A program made the position numbers and the translations under genes. Of a stretch of 34,336 bases of DNA, positions 22,764 to 34,336 are shown one piece after another (positions within the stretch are counted from its first letter, which is position 1; each line of letters opens with the position of its first letter). The notes under the pieces are model-generated. The model saw nothing but the letters and a program-made list of their open reading frames with translations, had not been told where the DNA came from and did not search any database. Source of the stretch: Parasitella parasitica NRRL 2501 (taxonomy: Eukaryota; Fungi; Mucoromycota); the NCBI GenBank assembly GCA_025201805.1, contig MU619371.1:4742-39077 (forward strand), written 5' to 3'.

Positions 22764-23467
22764 TTATTCGTACTCATCTTCATGCCCCACATGGCCAGCA
22801 TCCACTGGGTGTTTGTGCAAGTATTCTACATAGGCTGGGTGCTCTGGGTCAAATGCGTAGCCCATCTCTTGAAACAGCTTGAGCTGTTCTATAAATCCAG
22901 AGTTTGGATTCACAAACGGTCTCGTTCGTTTAATGATCGCCAATGCCTCTTTCCATCGTAGCCGTTGTGTTGCCATCAGAAATGCTGTAACTATGGTCGG
23001 ACTCCTCGAGACGCCGGCTAGACAGTGCACAAGAATGTTGTGATCAGCTTTGATTGCCTTGTCAATAAATTCCGTTGATTCTGGAAAGTAGCGTATAATG
23101 TTTGCTTCGGGATTATCTGTAATAGGAATGATCTATTCAACGTAAGCTCTTTTATATATATATACATATATATGTATGTATATATATACATGTCTTTATA
23201 TAACCATACCTTGTGGATAAATCTCCCCGGCGAATAGTACGGCTTAAAGTGGCCAAGTGTAAGAATGTAGGTTATCTTGTTTTTTTCTAAAAAATCGACT
23301 GTTTCGAGAGCCTTGTATCCACCCAACCAGACATGTGGAATTACCTGTTGAGATACGCTTGTAATCAGGATTCCTCCTGGTTTTCCGTCAGCTCCACATT
23401 CTAGAGTTTGGTATAAATCTGACTTTTGTGGTAGTCTATGGTCCTCTATAGTATTGTCTACTGCCAT
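22764..23467 (-). CDS. Atypical dual-specificity protein phosphatase, 208 aa
   Basis: Exons 23467-23210 and 23132-22764. Active site VHCLAGVSRS, general-acid loop ITDNP, and NPNSGFIEQL. Confidence 0.9.
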
Positions 23468-23651
23468 TTTATCCCAGGATGACCCAAGAAAGAAAGGGAA
23501 GGAAAAAAATAAAAAATAAAAATAAAATAAAATGAGAAAAACTGAGACTCTGTTTGAAAATTCGAATTTATTATTATTATTTTGAAATGTGGAAATGGGT
23601 AAAACGGAATACACAAAATGATGGAAAAGAACAATGCATAGTTTAAAGAAT

Positions 23652-24839
23652 CTAATAAGGATGCTGTTCATACGGTTGATAATGTTGGGGGGTCGTAGGA
23701 GCAGGCTGTTGGTTGTAACTAGCGTAGGTCTGAGATAGCTCGTCTTCCCCCAATAACTCCTTCACTTCCCAAACATTCTGCTTGGAGCCGACAGAAAATT
23801 CGAGGTCTTCCTTGGTGATCGAGTCCCAATACTTGTAAATCATCATCACTGTGAGGAGGTTGCAGATGGCGCCAAAGAACATGCCGTCAACATAGTGCTT
23901 GGTGTTGTCACAAATGACCACAGAAAAGACATACATCAAAACTTGTCCTATGGCAAAAAAGGCAGCCGCAAAGAGGATATCGCCAAGGGGCCAGCGGTCG
24001 TCCAGCGTGTTGATAACGAGGATGATTTGCGAAAAGATGTAAATAAAGAACATGACATAGTTCAGAACAATGTAAAAAATCCACAGAGCTGCTTGATTTT
24101 GGTACGAAAGAGCTCCAACGCCTTTGAATGTTCCAATAGCCAGAAAACCAGTGATGATGAACCAAACAAACGTACTGATGCGAATCGACCATAGCGACAA
24201 AGGTGTGCCATCCTCGGCAAATTGGAAACCAACAAAACCGTTCAACAGCAAGCACCAGAATGTTGCGCAGATGCAGCCAATATGAATAGCGGTGAACCAC
24301 TGCCGTCATTGCGGTTAGTCTTTATAAAAACAGATGGATGACCGTATCAGTACTTACAGGGTATGCAGAAGACGAAGTAGGGATGATACCAGTAACCAAC
24401 AGCATGTCGAGCAAGGTAGTAAGCATATACATATAGAAATACATGACAATTTCTTGTCGGCCTGCATCATGTTTATTAATATCAGCCAAACCCAACGAAA
24501 CAAAACCAACTTACCAACAGCAGTATATTTTGAGCGAATATGATAAATCATAATCATAGTCATAATAATAGCAACTACATCAATAATCAAAGTAGCTACA
24601 TTTTTTTTTTTAAAAAAAAAAAAAGGAGAGCGTCAGTGCAAACGAATTGCGATTTTGACAGAATTTAGTGGGTACGTACAGGGCTGGAAAATGATGTTTC
24701 CACCAAGTTCCACATTGCGAGAATAACAGACTGGCTCGATGCCATCGTATTGGCCAATCAAGGGGCATAAGCTAATGGCAATAGTTTTGCAAATACCATT
24801 AAAATTCAAGGCTTCGAAGCTGTAGATTATTGCGCTCAT
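23652..24839 (-). CDS. CHS7: Chitin synthase III export chaperone, ~330 aa
   Basis: Exons 24839-24680, 24595-24515, 24461-24358, 24299-23652. Motifs CYSRNV, IRSKYTAVGRQE, LLNGFVGFQFAEDGTPLS, LDDRWPLGD, HYVDG, YKYWDSITKEDLEFSV. The exact start codon is less certain. Confidence 0.93.
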
Positions 24840-24853
24840 GATTTGGCGTTTCG

Positions 24854-24905
<52 letters not shown>

Positions 24906-26190
24906 GACCTTCTTTTTTCCAATGATGTACTGTATTTTCCAGTAAAGATTATCGTCAAAAGGACACAAAGAAAAAAGCTTTTTCAAACAATAGAAGATTA
25001 AAAGAGAAAAGAAGGGTTTATAAATATCAGGATCCTTTTTATATTATTTATAAAAAACTGAGAACAAATATAATCGCAAGGGCAAAAAGGGCACTAATAT
25101 ACACGCACAAAAAAAAAGCTAGTTATTTTTGATCACCACTTTTCAGCCAATGGCTATAAATACACAGGGCAATTTCATTTGAAACCATAAACTCAGTTTA
25201 TTTACTCTTTCCAAATTGGTCAACCCCATTTGCAGCATCAGCAGATTTCTTTGAAATAGGTAGATTCAACGTACAAACTGAATAGCATCGTTCATTTCTA
25301 TTAGACGAAATCTAGCTTTGTTTATATAATGAATATTGGTATTTTATTTTTTTAATGACAGGACCATGGCGTACATTATCACCAGCCATGTTTATCATAT
25401 TGGGCTTTATTGGCTCACCCATTGTCATGGCAACCGAGGCTATCGAGGAATAAATGACCGTCATTGCTTCTTGCCGACTTTTTGGCTGTTGGGATCATTT
25501 ACATGCTTTCCCTTGTCGTTATTCAATAATACACAGCACTCCGCACCGCCTTGATCGCTATTATTACATTGACCACAGTTACACGGTGATAGTGCGCAGG
25601 ACAATTGTACGATTTATTCCAAAGACAGGCTTTGTGTTTGCGCACATGGCAGCTGATGCCCTGCAAACAAATGTGGTTTGATAAACCGCAATCACTATAA
25701 AACAAGCAAAATGCTAACATCATTTTTTTTTTCGCCAGCAGAGCAAGGTTACATCTATGTGTTTTTTTGTCCGATTTAATACCCAGTATAAAAAAAAAAC
25801 AGAATTTGTTTGAAGCTCATTTTTCAACCTAAAAAACTTGGTATCAATATGATAAAATCTAGTGCGCTGTATTGTGCCTGCGCAATATTTTGATACGATG
25901 TCGTCGCTTACAGTGAGCGCTGCTGGATCAAAAGTATAAAATGTATGCAATTATCGGACACATACAATATAATCTACATTATGTACTGTATACGTTTATC
26001 TGGAAAAAAAAACTTGTATCACAACAATTATCTCCTTGTGGTGATTCAAGACTGTCAGCTTGGGGGGGCGTGTAACCTTATCTCAAACCCGTCATGCAGA
26101 ATATACGGTATTAAAGTAAATGTTTGCGTGTGGTAAGAGAGGCGTCTAATTCAAGACCTTTTTTTTTTTTTTTTTTTCTCACACATCCAA

Positions 26191-27853
26191 ATGACACACT
26201 CTAGCAATATTCAAGTCATCTCTCCCAGCACTCTGGAGCTTTTGTTTGAAATACCTACGCTGAGCCAATCTCAAGTTGACCAAGCAGTTCAGAAATCCGT
26301 TGTGGCCTTTTCGGAATGGAAAAAGGTAGCTGTATCAGAGCGTGTTTCTATCATGAAAAAATTCTGCCTGCTGTTTGAGCAGAAAAAAGACGACGTGGCC
26401 GCCTCCATCACGTCCCAGATGGGCCGCCCTATTCGCTATGGCCATGGCGAAGTCAAGGGCGTCCTGGAAAGAGCCAACTACATGATTTCTGTAGCCGAGG
26501 AAAGTCTTGCGGACGATGTGATTGAAGATTCGCCTGGCCTAGTCAAGCGATATCAGCGCAAGGAGCCGCTGGGTCCTGTCTTTTTGATTGCTGCGTGGAA
26601 CTACCCGTATCTGACTACGGTCAACAATATTATCCCTGCACTCTTGGCCGGAAACACAGTCTTGCTGAAGCAATCGCCGCAAACGCCAAAGTGTGCTGAT
26701 ATCTTTGTCGAGACATTGAGAGAAGCAGGAGTCCCCACTGATGTTGTCCAAGCAGTCCATGTCCATGATAAAGAGGCCAGCTATCTCGTGCAACATCCGT
26801 CAATCCAGTTTGTTAATTTCACTGGAAGCGTTGCAGTTGGCAAAAAGATTAGACAAGCCATTGGCGACTGCCAGCATCTTATAGGTAAGCTTTACTCTGG
26901 CCTTTCCTTGCTTGGGTAGGAAAACCACTGAATCTTTTGCTTGCCGTTGTATTATTAGGCTGCGGCATGGAATTGGGAGGAAAGGACGCTGCGTATGTCT
27001 TGCCTGATTCAAATATCGATTATGCAGTTGAAAACATTGTAGATGGCGCCTTTTTCAATTCCGGTCAGTGTTGCTGCTCGATTGAAAGATGCTACGTGCA
27101 TAAAGACATTTACGATGAATTCGTAAAGAAAGCTGTGGACCTCGCAAAGGTTTGTTGTATAAAGCAAAACGCCTCCCCCTCCCCCCTCAAGTAGCACGCT
27201 AAAAGCAATATTCTTTAATTTTAGCGCTATGTCCTCGGCGACCCCAATGATGAAAATACCACCTTGGGCCCCATGGCCAACATCAGGTTCGCAGACATTG
27301 TTAGGCATCAAGTTAAAGATGCTATCGACAAGGGAGCCACGCCTCTTGTCGAAGCATTCGGAAACGACAAGGAAGGAACGTGCTATGTTGGGCCTCAGAT
27401 TCTGGTCAATGTGAACCACGACATGCTTGTCATGACCGAAGAGACGTTCGGCCCTGTTCTCGGCATAATGAAGGTGTCGTCCGACCAAGAAGCCATCAAA
27501 CTGATGAACGACTCAAAGTACGGCTTGACCGCTAGTATTTGGACTCGTAGCCAAGAAAAGGCTATCCAAATTGGAGATCAGGTGGAAACGGGCACTTGGT
27601 TTATGAACCGTTGCGACTACATCGATCCTGCTTTGGCTTGGGTCGGAGCTAAAGAGAGTGGGTTGGGATTCGCGATGAGCAAGCAAGGCTTCAGCCAGTT
27701 CACCAGGTATCTATGACATGTCCAAATGTGCAGAAAGGAGACTAACGTAAGGGTTTTTTTTTTTTTTTTTTTTTTTTTTTTGTTTTTTTTTTTTTTTTTT
27801 TTTTTCTCTCTGACAGACCCAAATCATACCATCTCAAGCTTTCTCAAGAGTAA
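26191..27853 (+). CDS. NAD(P)+-dependent aldehyde dehydrogenase, ~467 aa
   Basis: Exons 26191-26884, 26959-27149, 27225-27706, 27817-27853. Motifs AWNYP, FTGS, MELGGKD, FNSGQCCCS, EETFGP, YGLTAS, WFMNRCDYIDPALAW. Confidence 0.95.
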
Positions 27854-28039
27854 CTCTCTACGGGACCTATATGCGCAACTAGTCACAGCAAACTGCTGCT
27901 GCTGCTGCTGCGTCAATCAAGTGTCGTAGTTGCTATAGTGTGATGTTGTTGGTACACTTGGAGATTAAAGCACTATAAAAATAAAATTAAAAAATTAAAG
28001 TCCTTCTTCTCCCTTTTTCTTTGTTAAACGACAATAAAT

Positions 28040-31000
28040 ATGGGCATTCCCAAGTTTTTCAGATGGATGAGGTACAGTTCTCTGTAGCAGTGATGACAGT
28101 GCAGCTAATGCTAACACGGTGTCTAGTGAACGCTATCCCATGTGTTCGCAGCTTATTACTGACAATGCTATTCCAGAATTTGGTTGGTATTTTTTTTTTT
28201 GGTTGCATGCTGATATACGTGTAAAACTGACACTTTTTCACAAGACAATCTCTATCTTGACATGAACGGCATTATCCACAACTGTTCGCACAACAACAAC
28301 GACAGCGCTCATTTCCGCATTACGGAAGAGCAGATCTGGATTGGCGTATTCAACTACATTGACCATTTGTTTTCCAAGATCAAGCCCAAAAAGTTCTTTT
28401 TTTTGGCTATTGATGGCGTTGCACCAAGAGCGAAAATGAACCAGCAGCGTTCTCGTCGTTTCCGTACTGCAAGAGACGCCCAAGAAGCAAAGCAAAAAGC
28501 ACTATCAAAGGGGGAAGAGCTGCCTGAAGAGGATGCATTTGATTCCAACTGCATTACACCTGGCACTGCTTTCATGAAAAAGCTGACGGCAGAGTTGCGT
28601 TATTTCATCTCTAAAAAAGTGTCTGAAGATGCCAATTGGAGAGGTGTGGAAATTGTCTTGTCTGGCCCAGAGGTGCCGGGCGAAGGCGAACACAAGATCA
28701 TGGAATACATCCGTCTTGCGAAAGCACAGCCAGACTACGACCCTAATGTGAGACACTGTCTTTATGGTCTGGACGCTGACTTGGTCATGCTGGGGCTGTT
28801 GAGCCACGACCCCCATTTTGCCCTGTTGCGCGAAGAAGTTACGTTTGGAAAGCAGAACCAAAAGCGAAGCAAAACGTAAGTGTCGGTTGGAATTAAAAAA
28901 AAGGAGGATGCAGCATCGCTGACTAGTTGCCCATAGCCTGGAATCGCAAAACTTTTACTTGATGCACTTGTCGCTGATGAGAGAGTATCTGGACATGGAG
29001 TTCAATTCTGTCACGGACAAGCTCTCGTTCGACTATGATTTCGAACGCGTATTGGACGATTTTATCCTGCTAGCTCTCTTTGTGGGCAACGATTTCCTGC
29101 CCAATTTGCCGAATCTCCATATTAATGAAGGTGCGCTGGGCCTCATGTTCAGGATCTACAAAGAAGTGCTGCCTACCTGCGAAGGCTACCTCCAGGATGG
29201 CGGGCGGGTGGACATGGGCAGACTTCAGAAAATCTTGGACGGAATTTCCAACGTGGTTGAAAAAGAAGCATTTGAATTAGAAGCCATCGATTCGCTGTAT
29301 CTTGCTGGCAAGCGTGAAAATGGCCAAAGCGAGCGACAATTGCTACATCAGCTGGAAAAGAGAAAGGCAAGAGACGGCCAATTGGTGATTACCGACAAGC
29401 AGAAACTCATTTTTGGTGAGATCAGCGACTATCTGCGCAGCAACAAGCCTGGCAAAGGCCACACATTCCATTTTCTGGTCCCGTTCAAGGCTCGCGACAA
29501 AAAGTTTGTTGATAAACTCGCCAAAGACCTAAACATGACATGTCTCATTGATTACGACCAGGACGACAACTCGACCTATGTGGAGCTGTCGTTTGGCTCC
29601 GACGACGAGTTGGCTGACGACGAGTTGGCCGACGACGAAGACGATAACGACGATGACGAGTCAGAAGAAACTGAAATCGACGAGGAAGCCATTGCTGCCA
29701 GAGACCGTGTGTTGAAAAAGTACGAAAGCGCTCAAGTCGTCCCTGAAAACGTGTCGAAACAAGACATTGAACGCGAAGAAAAAGAAAAATTCGAGGCTGG
29801 ATTAAAGCAGTGGAAGGCAGATTACTACATGGACAAGATGCACATTGACATAAACAACGACAAGCAGATGGAGGACCTCGTAGGATCGTATATTGTTGGC
29901 ATTCAATGGGTTCTCAAGTACTATTACGACGGCGTTGCCTCGTGGGGATGGTTCTATCCGTACCATTATGCCCCCAAGATCTCTGATCTCAAGGATATCG
30001 CCCGCTTCCAAGACCACGTCTTTACCCTTGGCGAGCCATTCAAACCCTTTGAGCAGTTGATGGGTGTTTTGCCCAGCCTGAGTAGAAAGCTTTTGCCTGC
30101 CGCCTACAGGGATTTGATGACAGACATGGAATCGCCCATCATTGACTTTTACCCCCGTGACTTTGACCTTGATATGAACGGCAAGAAGCAGGATTGGGAG
30201 GCTATTGTCAAGATCCCATTCATTGATGAAAAACGTCTGCTGGATGCCATGAAAAACCGCGAGCAGCGTCTCACCAAAGAGGAAGCAGCCATGACACGCT
30301 TTGGAACCAGCTACAAGTTCACCTTTGACGAGAACCTTGCCAAGCTTGACGCTGATCAACTGCCAGTGTATCCCAGTCCTTTGCCAGACGTATTCCCGGA
30401 TATTCACAACTGCCTTGCTCGCGAACAAGTCTACACCTTACCTAGTCTTTCTGACCAGGACTTGAAGCTGAAAAAGGGGCTTCTTCCTGGCGCCAAGGTT
30501 GGTGAAAACGCCTTGGCTGGCTTTCCCTCCCTCCAAACACTCCCTTATACATTCGAGATCAAACACCACGGCGTTCATGTATTCCAGCAGGACAGCCGCA
30601 ACGAATCAGTGGTCATTTCCATCAAGAACAAATACCAGCCAGCCAAAATCGAGGATATTGCAAAGCTGTTCCTGTATAGAAGCATCTATGTGCACTATCC
30701 CTATTTGCAGGAAGCTGTGGTTATTGGCGTGTCCAACGACGAGAAGAAATACTATGTCAACTTTAGCAACGGAAAGAAGCAGATTCTGGAGCATTTTTGG
30801 GACGATAAGGAAAGGGAGTCTTGGTCAAGTCGCATGGGTCGAGCCGAGTATATGCCTAGTAAGCGCTTTGGTTTGATAGTGGGCGAGGTTGAGATTGGCT
30901 TCCATGTATGTGTCTTGAATGGCATGCTTCAGACTGAAGATGGTGCCTTGGTCAAGGAGTACGTCAACCCCAGCATGGAGAACCTTGTGCCCATCCAAAT

Positions 31001-31990
31001 GGTGGTTATCAAAGTGGCTAATCCCGACCCTCGCTTCATTGAGAAGCCTGCTCCTCCCGTTCAAGAGAGCTTCCCTCTGAAATCGGACGTGTTCTTTTTG
31101 GGCAGCAAGTTTTTGGGTGCTCAGGCGACTGTTGTTGGCCATAGTAGTAACGGAAATGTCGACATAGAAATGACTGTCCCTGTGCAAGAGCAATATCAAA
31201 GCGAGCCCGACTTTGGCCACAAGATTGCCCGAAAGCAAGAAAACGATATTCGCTATGAGTCCGGTCAAGATATTGCCCGTGAACTGGACATTTCTCCCCT
31301 GACTCTGTCCAAACTCACATCCTCGTTGACTGTCAATGAGAAATCAGGGCAGCGTGTCAATGTGGGCCTCAACTTGAAGTTTGAAAGCAGAGGCGAAAAG
31401 GTGCTTGGCTTTACGCGCAAGAACCCCAACGGCTATTGGGAATACTCTGATGCCGCGATTGCTCTTATCCGAGAATACTGCCACAAGTTTCCCGAGTTTA
31501 TTCATTTACTCATGAAGCAAAAAGGCGGCGCCGGCATGCTGAACGTGTCTGATTTCGATTGGACGACTGAAGGCTCAAAGGCTCTTCACAAGATGAAGGA
31601 ATGGATCAAGAGCAAAAAGCTCGATGCTTTGGCAAGAGCTAGTTTTGACACGGAAGAGTTGGATGATGCCTACTGCCACGAGATTGAAAACGCAGCGGTC
31701 AAGTTTCACAAGAAATACGAAAAGCTTGATTTCAAAAAATTTGTTATTCGTGGTGTTCCTCGCAAGGTTTTGTTGAGACCTGCCGATGCGGCTGTGCGAC
31801 TCAACTACCAAGTTTTCTCTCTGGGTGATAGAGTCGTCTATGTTTGCGACACTGGCTCGGTTCCACTTGGCAACAAGGGCACTATTGTGGGAGTTCAAGA
31901 AAAGGCTATTGATGTTGTCTTTGATACTACATTTATGAGTGGCTCCACTCTGGGGGGAAGGTGAGCAGAAGGAAGGATATGTTGAGCTTT

Positions 31991-32064
<74 letters not shown>

Positions 32065-32325
32065 TGCTCTGAATTTAGAGGCGCCACTTTACCCTACTCC
32101 AACTTTATCAATATCAGCAATTCTTCTCATCAAAATACTAGCAGAGAAGGCTCATCGACCTCCACTCGCAACAGCAATCATATGAGCAACAAAAGCCTCG
32201 CCAACGAGAACAGCAATGACTCTCCTCGCAGTGGTCGCAGCGGCCATAAAGGATCTAGAGGCGGTCGAGGTCGTGGTAATAGAGGCAGAGGCAAAGGAAG
32301 CTCTGAAAACCGTGCACTTTATTAA
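28040..32325 (+). CDS. XRN1: 5'-3' exoribonuclease 1, ~1334 aa
   Basis: Exons 28040-28071, 28127-28182, 28245-28875, 28937-31960, 32064-32325. Motifs MGIPKFFRW, YLDMNGIIH, DGVAPRAKMNQQRSRRF, GEGEHKI, YGLDADL, GNDFLP, SWGWFYPYHYAP. The Xrn1-specific C-terminal domains (GLNLKFE, LGDRVV) are present. Confidence 0.97.
31993..32061 (+). repeat. 69-nt poly(T) in the last XRN1 intron
   Basis: Read directly; lies in intron 31961-32063. Confidence 0.85.
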
Positions 32326-32385
32326 GCCTTTTTNNNNNNNNNNNNNNNNNNNNNNNNNNNNNNNNNNNNNNNNTTTTCTTCTTCT

Positions 32386-34336
32386 TCAATATTCTTCTGC
32401 CATAATCAGTAAAATCAAACTGGTCCAACCTGTAAAGGGATGACTATGTAAGCCCTTTCCGTCCGATTCGCCATACTGTTCCCAAACGTATCCAGTTTGC
32501 TTGTAATTCTAATCAGCACTACACGTTAATATCCACATGAACATGGAAGTATCCCCGATGATTTACCTTGTAAACGTTGCGAATGAGGTTATCTCTCAGT
32601 TTGGTATAGATTTTCTGTGCTCGCTTTTGGTGTGGTCCTGGAATGTGCATGTAATTCTATTACAAAAGCGTCAAAATTCTCCTCTTCCTCCTCCTCCTCC
32701 TCCTCCCCACCCCCACCCCCTCAACGCTGAATAATGCTAATTACCTTGTACAAACTTTGAAGGGTCAAATAATTAATATTGATCCAGATAGGCCCACGCC
32801 AATAGTTCTCACCAGTGCCAAAGACAGGGTCGGATGCGGAAAGTGATCGAAGGCCATAGGGCGACCACAGCTCATCCTCCCTTTCGATAATGTCTAAAAT
32901 CGCTCCCAGTTTGGGTGAATCCGCAGGCAGCAAGCCGAGCGTCATAGGGAAAAGCGAGAGGTATCCTCTGTGACAGACATGAACAGGCGTGTCGTCCTCA
33001 AGAGCCTGGTCGCAGTACATCTGTTCCGGTTCGTTCCAATGAAGGACGTCGAGGTTGGTAAGCATGTCCTTTTGAACTTTGGTGTATTCTTCCTTGTCGT
33101 CTTCAAAGTCAGGCCCCAATTTGGCAGCAATGTCCTCCAAAAGGCCTGTGCCAAACGCCATCCATGAGTGAAGGTCGAGATGCAGCTCGCCGATGCTGGG
33201 TTCTCCACGAGGATAATCGTCCAGGCCAGACGTAAGGGTGTGGTTGGGCGTACGGCCTCTCCAGCGATATGCTTCGTTGCTGGGTGCTTGACGGCCAAAT
33301 CTATCCAAATGGCCGTGCTGAGTAGCACGGAACCAAAGCCAGTTTTGACGAAGCTTGGGGTAGATGGACCGCAGCCATTGGTCTGCCAAGTCCGGGTTAT
33401 CTAGATGCAGGTTACGGAGGATTTCAGTATCGTCCAAAGTGCCCATTTTCATCTGTTGGCTGCTTCCAGGAGCATTCAGAACAAAAGTGTCCAACCGGTG
33501 TTTCTCTAGGCGATCAATATAGCGTTTGATCGAAAGGTACAGCGTTGGAGGGTTAGCGTAATGATGGAACTGAGTCTGGAATTCAGCGGGGACCTTGCTG
33601 CGAGCTTCTTCCCCCAGAATCTGTTCACGAGCCACCCAGCCGTTCTCGTCGATCATGGCCGTCCAATGCTTGATGATATCAAGACTAAGGTCGTTGTCCC
33701 ATTCGCCTATCAAAAGCTGGTGGAACCCCTCGTCCCTGTCGACATTAAAACCGGTAAATTTAATGAAAGCCGCCAAACCGTTTGCCCAGACTTACCAGTA
33801 AAACCCGCGAGGGAAGAAGGGGCGGCTGGGAGTAGCAGTAAACAGGCTTTGAGGAGGAGACAGCTGGGGCCGGATGGGCTCGCCTCTAAAATCTTCCTCG
33901 TCTTGCATAGGGGGATGAGAACGATCGATGACAGACGAGCCATGAAAATAGCCAATGCCACCAAGCATATTGCTCAGCAAAAACTGAGCAAATTCAACTT
34001 CGCTGTCGGAAAATCCCTTCTTTTTCAAGTGAAAAGTCTCTTCGAATCTACTGTTGAACTCGTTCTCTTTTTTGATCAAGTTTGCGCCGAGTGATTCACC
34101 TATAAAAGAAAAGAAAAAAAAAAGTCGTGAGTGCTTGTTTACTGTAGACTTGTGCTTGCAATTACTTGAGATCGGCTCCTCAGAGCTCTGAGAACGGAAA
34201 AGCACATCAAACTACAGCGATCTGGCCATTAGTAAAAAAAAAAAACGGAGGGTCAAAGTTGAAATTGAAGAAAAGATTGACATTGCGCAAATACAATGGC
34301 AAAATGCAATGCCCTTGCAAACCCGCAATTCGTTGA
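32386..34336 (-). CDS. CWH41: Mannosyl-oligosaccharide glucosidase I (GH63), 3' part; 5' end outside the window
   Basis: Exons 34211-34166, 34099-33796, 33735-32745, 32656-32567, 32508-32386. Motifs [67 protein letters not shown]. Confidence 0.95.

Noticed and set aside
25336-26136. Several 60-76 aa ORFs between CHS7 and ALDH
   Set aside because: AT-rich divergent promoter region with no motifs or consistent splicing.
31575-32185. Poly-Lys / poly-Phe ORFs
   Set aside because: Translation of the intronic poly(T) tract.

Overview
Eukaryotic fungal genomic DNA. Short AT-rich spliceosomal introns and the gene set suggest an early-diverging fungus, probably Mucorales (inference). The first ~4.4 kb is gene-poor. 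It holds a 1.26-kb internally deleted Helitron (1021-2282) with both termini, an N-terminal triple CCHC-knuckle region and the C-terminal Pif1-helicase motifs of RepHel. The rest is gene-dense. I built exon models by hand for an Ark1/Prk1/AAK1-family kinase, a GUCD1/C39-like protein, ERG13, an MFS transporter, a long-chain acyl-CoA synthetase (with a 7-nt microexon), a possible tail-anchored protein, a 7-exon 271-aa gene that the ORF track shows only in fragments, ARC15/ARPC5, CDK11, a dual-specificity phosphatase, CHS7, an aldehyde dehydrogenase, XRN1 and the 3' part of CWH41. Complete models sum to whole codons but have no transcript support. There are five N gaps (7346-7355, 8540-8614, 16551-16840, 22551-22560, 32334-32373). 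I recognised no rRNA, tRNA or CRISPR features.
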